Below are positions 15,642-17,243 of a DNA stretch of 17,243 nt, piece by piece. How positions within the stretch are numbered: position 1 is the first letter of the stretch; each line of letters begins with the position of its first letter. The position numbers and the translations under genes are program-made. The notes under the pieces are model-generated. The model was given only the letters and a program-made list of their open reading frames with translations, did no database searches and was not told where the DNA came from. Origin of the DNA: Candidatus Eiseniibacteriota bacterium (GTDB lineage Bacteria > Eisenbacteria > RBG-16-71-46 > CAIMUX01 > VGJL01); assembly GCA_041946735.1 (NCBI GenBank), contig JBHGAY010000049.1, forward strand, positions 1 through 17,243, written 5' to 3'.

Positions 15642-16586
15642 CTAGGATCCCGGCGTCCAGCCGGGCAGTTTGCTGGCCTGCTTCACCCATGCGGCGAGGC
15701 GCGCTTCGTCGAGGTCGTCGTCCTCGTGGATGTCGATGTAGCGCACCTCCTCGTGCTTCGACTCGCCCGGCGGGACGGGGCGCAGCGAGGTCCCGCGAAA
15801 GAACGCGACCTTCACGTACTTCGTGAAGCAGTGGAAGTTCAGGAACCAACCCTGGCCGTCGATTCCGTAGAACGGCGAGTTCCACTTGACCGCCTTCTTC
15901 ACTCCAGGGACGGTCCGCTCGATCAGCGAGTCGAGGCGGCGCCCGACGTCGCGCTTCCAGCCAGGCATCGCGGCGATGTAGGCCTGCACGGGAGCGTCCC
16001 CCTCGCCTTTGGCGATCTGGGGGTTGCCGCCGGAGAGGAGCTTGGGCTTGGCGGCCGGTTGTGCGGCCTTCCTAGCGGCTGGTTGTGCAGTCTGCTTCGC
16101 GGCCGCGCGCCGCCCCTTCCCCTGCTCCTTCCCCGACTTCCCTGCCACGTTCCGCGAGACCGCGGCGCGGATCAAGTCCTTGAACGCCCCCTCGTCGATC
16201 TCCTCGCCCTCTCGAATGTCGATCGCGCGGCGGACGTTCCCCTCGAGGCTCGAGTTGAAGAGACCCGCGGGATCCTCCAGCGAAGCCCCCTGGAAGAACG
16301 TGAGCTTCACGACCTCCTTGTAGACCTCTCCGGTGCAGACCCCGCCGCCGTGCGACCAGACCGGCACCCCCGGCGAGCTCGCCTTCTGCCACTTCCACTC
16401 CTCGGTGATCTCGGGATCGGCTTGCTTGATCAGCTTGCGCAGACGCCGGAGCGTTTTCCCGCGCCAGTCTCCCAGCTCGGCGATCCTCGCGTCGATCCGC
16501 TGCGAGGCCGGCACCTCGCCCGTGGTCTTTGCCGCCGTAGTCACCGCGGTCTTCTTCGCCGTCTTCGTGGACGTCTTGCCTGCCAT
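15642..16586 (-). CDS. Tandem DUF1801 (YdhG-like) double-domain protein
   Basis: ATG at 16586 after GGAGTGAACAGG. Domain 1: ASQRIDARIAELGDWRG...EEWKW...PVWSHGG..CTGEVYK.VVKLTF..GASLEDP. Domain 2: LLSGGNPQIAKG.GDAPVQAYIAAMPGWK...KAVKWNSPFYG...FHCFTKYVKVAFFRG. Lys/Ala-rich linkers. Confidence 0.9.
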   Translation of the reverse strand: MAGKTSTKTAKKTAVTTAAKTTGEVPASQRIDARIAELGDWRGKTLRRLRKLIKQADPEITEEWKWQKASSPGVPVWSHGGGVCTGEVYKEVVKLTFFQGASLEDPAGLFNSSLEGNVRRAIDIREGEEIDEGAFKDLIRAAVSRNVAGKSGKEQGKGRRAAAKQTAQPAARKAAQPAAKPKLLSGGNPQIAKGEGDAPVQAYIAAMPGWKRDVGRRLDSLIERTVPGVKKAVKWNSPFYGIDGQGWFLNFHCFTKYVKVAFFRGTSLRPVPPGESKHEEVRYIDIHEDDDLDEARLAAWVKQASKLPGWTPGS

Positions 16587-16719
16587 CCTGTTCACTCCGG
16601 TCTTGAGGTGCTCCCTCGATCTCGACGGCCGTCGAAAGGACGCTCCACGATACCGGGTCAAACCACCGGGGACCACGGGCGACGCTCATTCGGTACGCAG
16701 GCTATCGCCCGCGCCGCGC

Positions 16720-16917
16720 TCAGGTCGGCATCATGCGCGAGCGACGCGAGCTGCGGTCCCGGACGCATCGCCCCCCCTTCTCCATGCCACCAGAGAACGC
16801 CGCGGCATCGGCAGCCATCGCGCTCGGGACCTCGCTCCTCGCCTCGGCCCGGCGCCGGCTGACGACCAGGTAGAGCGCCGGCACGACGAAGAGGGTGAGG
16901 AGGGTCGACGAGATCAG
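16720..16917 (-). pseudogene. Stranded 3' end (last TM helix and tail) of an RND efflux permease gene, AcrB/CzcA family
   Basis: Not in the ORF track. Minus strand reads LISSTLLTLFVVPALYLVVSRRR...MMPT*, the conserved (GG)L..STLLTL.VVP.LY TM12 signature. An in-frame TAA lies three codons upstream and no start codon precedes the helix. Confidence 0.75.
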
Positions 16918-17243
16918 AGCGGCTTACCGCTCTCGCCGACGTTGCGCCACCAGTAGACGTCCAGATGCACGGGACAGACGCGGGAGGCGAACGCGATCCT
17001 CCGGGCGGCCGCCTGATACTCCTCGCCCGTTTCGGGGTCCAGATGGATGATCCCCGGCCAGCGCGGAACGTCGTCCAAGCACGACCGACGGATTCCCTTG
17101 GCAACGTAGCTGTCGAGCGGAACCTCCAGCCACGGTTCGAGCCGGTTGAACTCATAGGCCTCGCAGAGATACCTGTGGTACAGGACGTCCCGTAGGAACA
17201 GGTTCATGGCCTTGCGCGACGTGCCGTAGTGCTTGGCATGCGC
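16914..17243 (-). CDS. Hypothetical protein, 5'-partial, with HhH-GPD/glycosylase-like motifs
   Basis: Frame is open to the window edge: AHAKHYGTSRKAMNLFLRD...LEVPLDSYVAK...WPGI..L....YQAAA.......VHLDVYWW. The G..RK..N and VP.D spacing resembles the HhH Lys and Asp catalytic pair. Confidence 0.6.
   Translation of the reverse strand, partial: AHAKHYGTSRKAMNLFLRDVLYHRYLCEAYEFNRLEPWLEVPLDSYVAKGIRRSCLDDVPRWPGIIHLDPETGEEYQAAARRIAFASRVCPVHLDVYWWRNVGESGKPL

Noticed and set aside
11942..17243. Integron cassette array or IS element explaining the mosaic
   Set aside because: No attC-like RYYYAAC...GTTRRRY palindromes, integrase, transposase or terminal inverted repeats were recognised by eye.
1..17243. 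CRISPR array, tRNA or rRNA genes
   Set aside because: No regularly spaced repeats or recognisable structural RNA sequence seen; almost all of the window is coding or gene remnants.

Overview
High-GC bacterial DNA. The FlgD-Ig/T9SS-like and 'TWGxIK' C-terminal tags suggest an FCB-related lineage such as Ca. Eisenbacteria, Krumholzibacteriota or Latescibacterota (inference). The centre is a translationally coupled minus-strand drmA-drmB-drmC block (SF2 helicase, DUF1998 protein, single-HKD PLD nuclease), the core of a DISARM anti-phage system. No drmD/drmE or methyltransferase is present in the window. The 5.3 kb upstream of drmA is a mosaic. It holds a ~1.1 kb 'toxin-antitoxin graveyard' with pieces of four TA-type modules: every putative toxin is missing or broken, while a VapB-like and a BrnA-like antitoxin remain open, overlap by ATGA and follow a sigma70-like promoter. 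It also holds a PATR-repeat secreted protein ending in a FlgD-type domain, a fused double DUF1801 gene, a stranded 3' end of an RND efflux gene, and a partial HhH-GPD-like gene at the window edge. Downstream of drmC lie a small Cys-rich secreted protein with a TWGxIK tail, a large secreted multi-domain protein, a TIGR02999-type ECF sigma factor and a convergent, 5'-truncated TPR-like gene. All family assignments come from motif recognition by eye; no searches were run.
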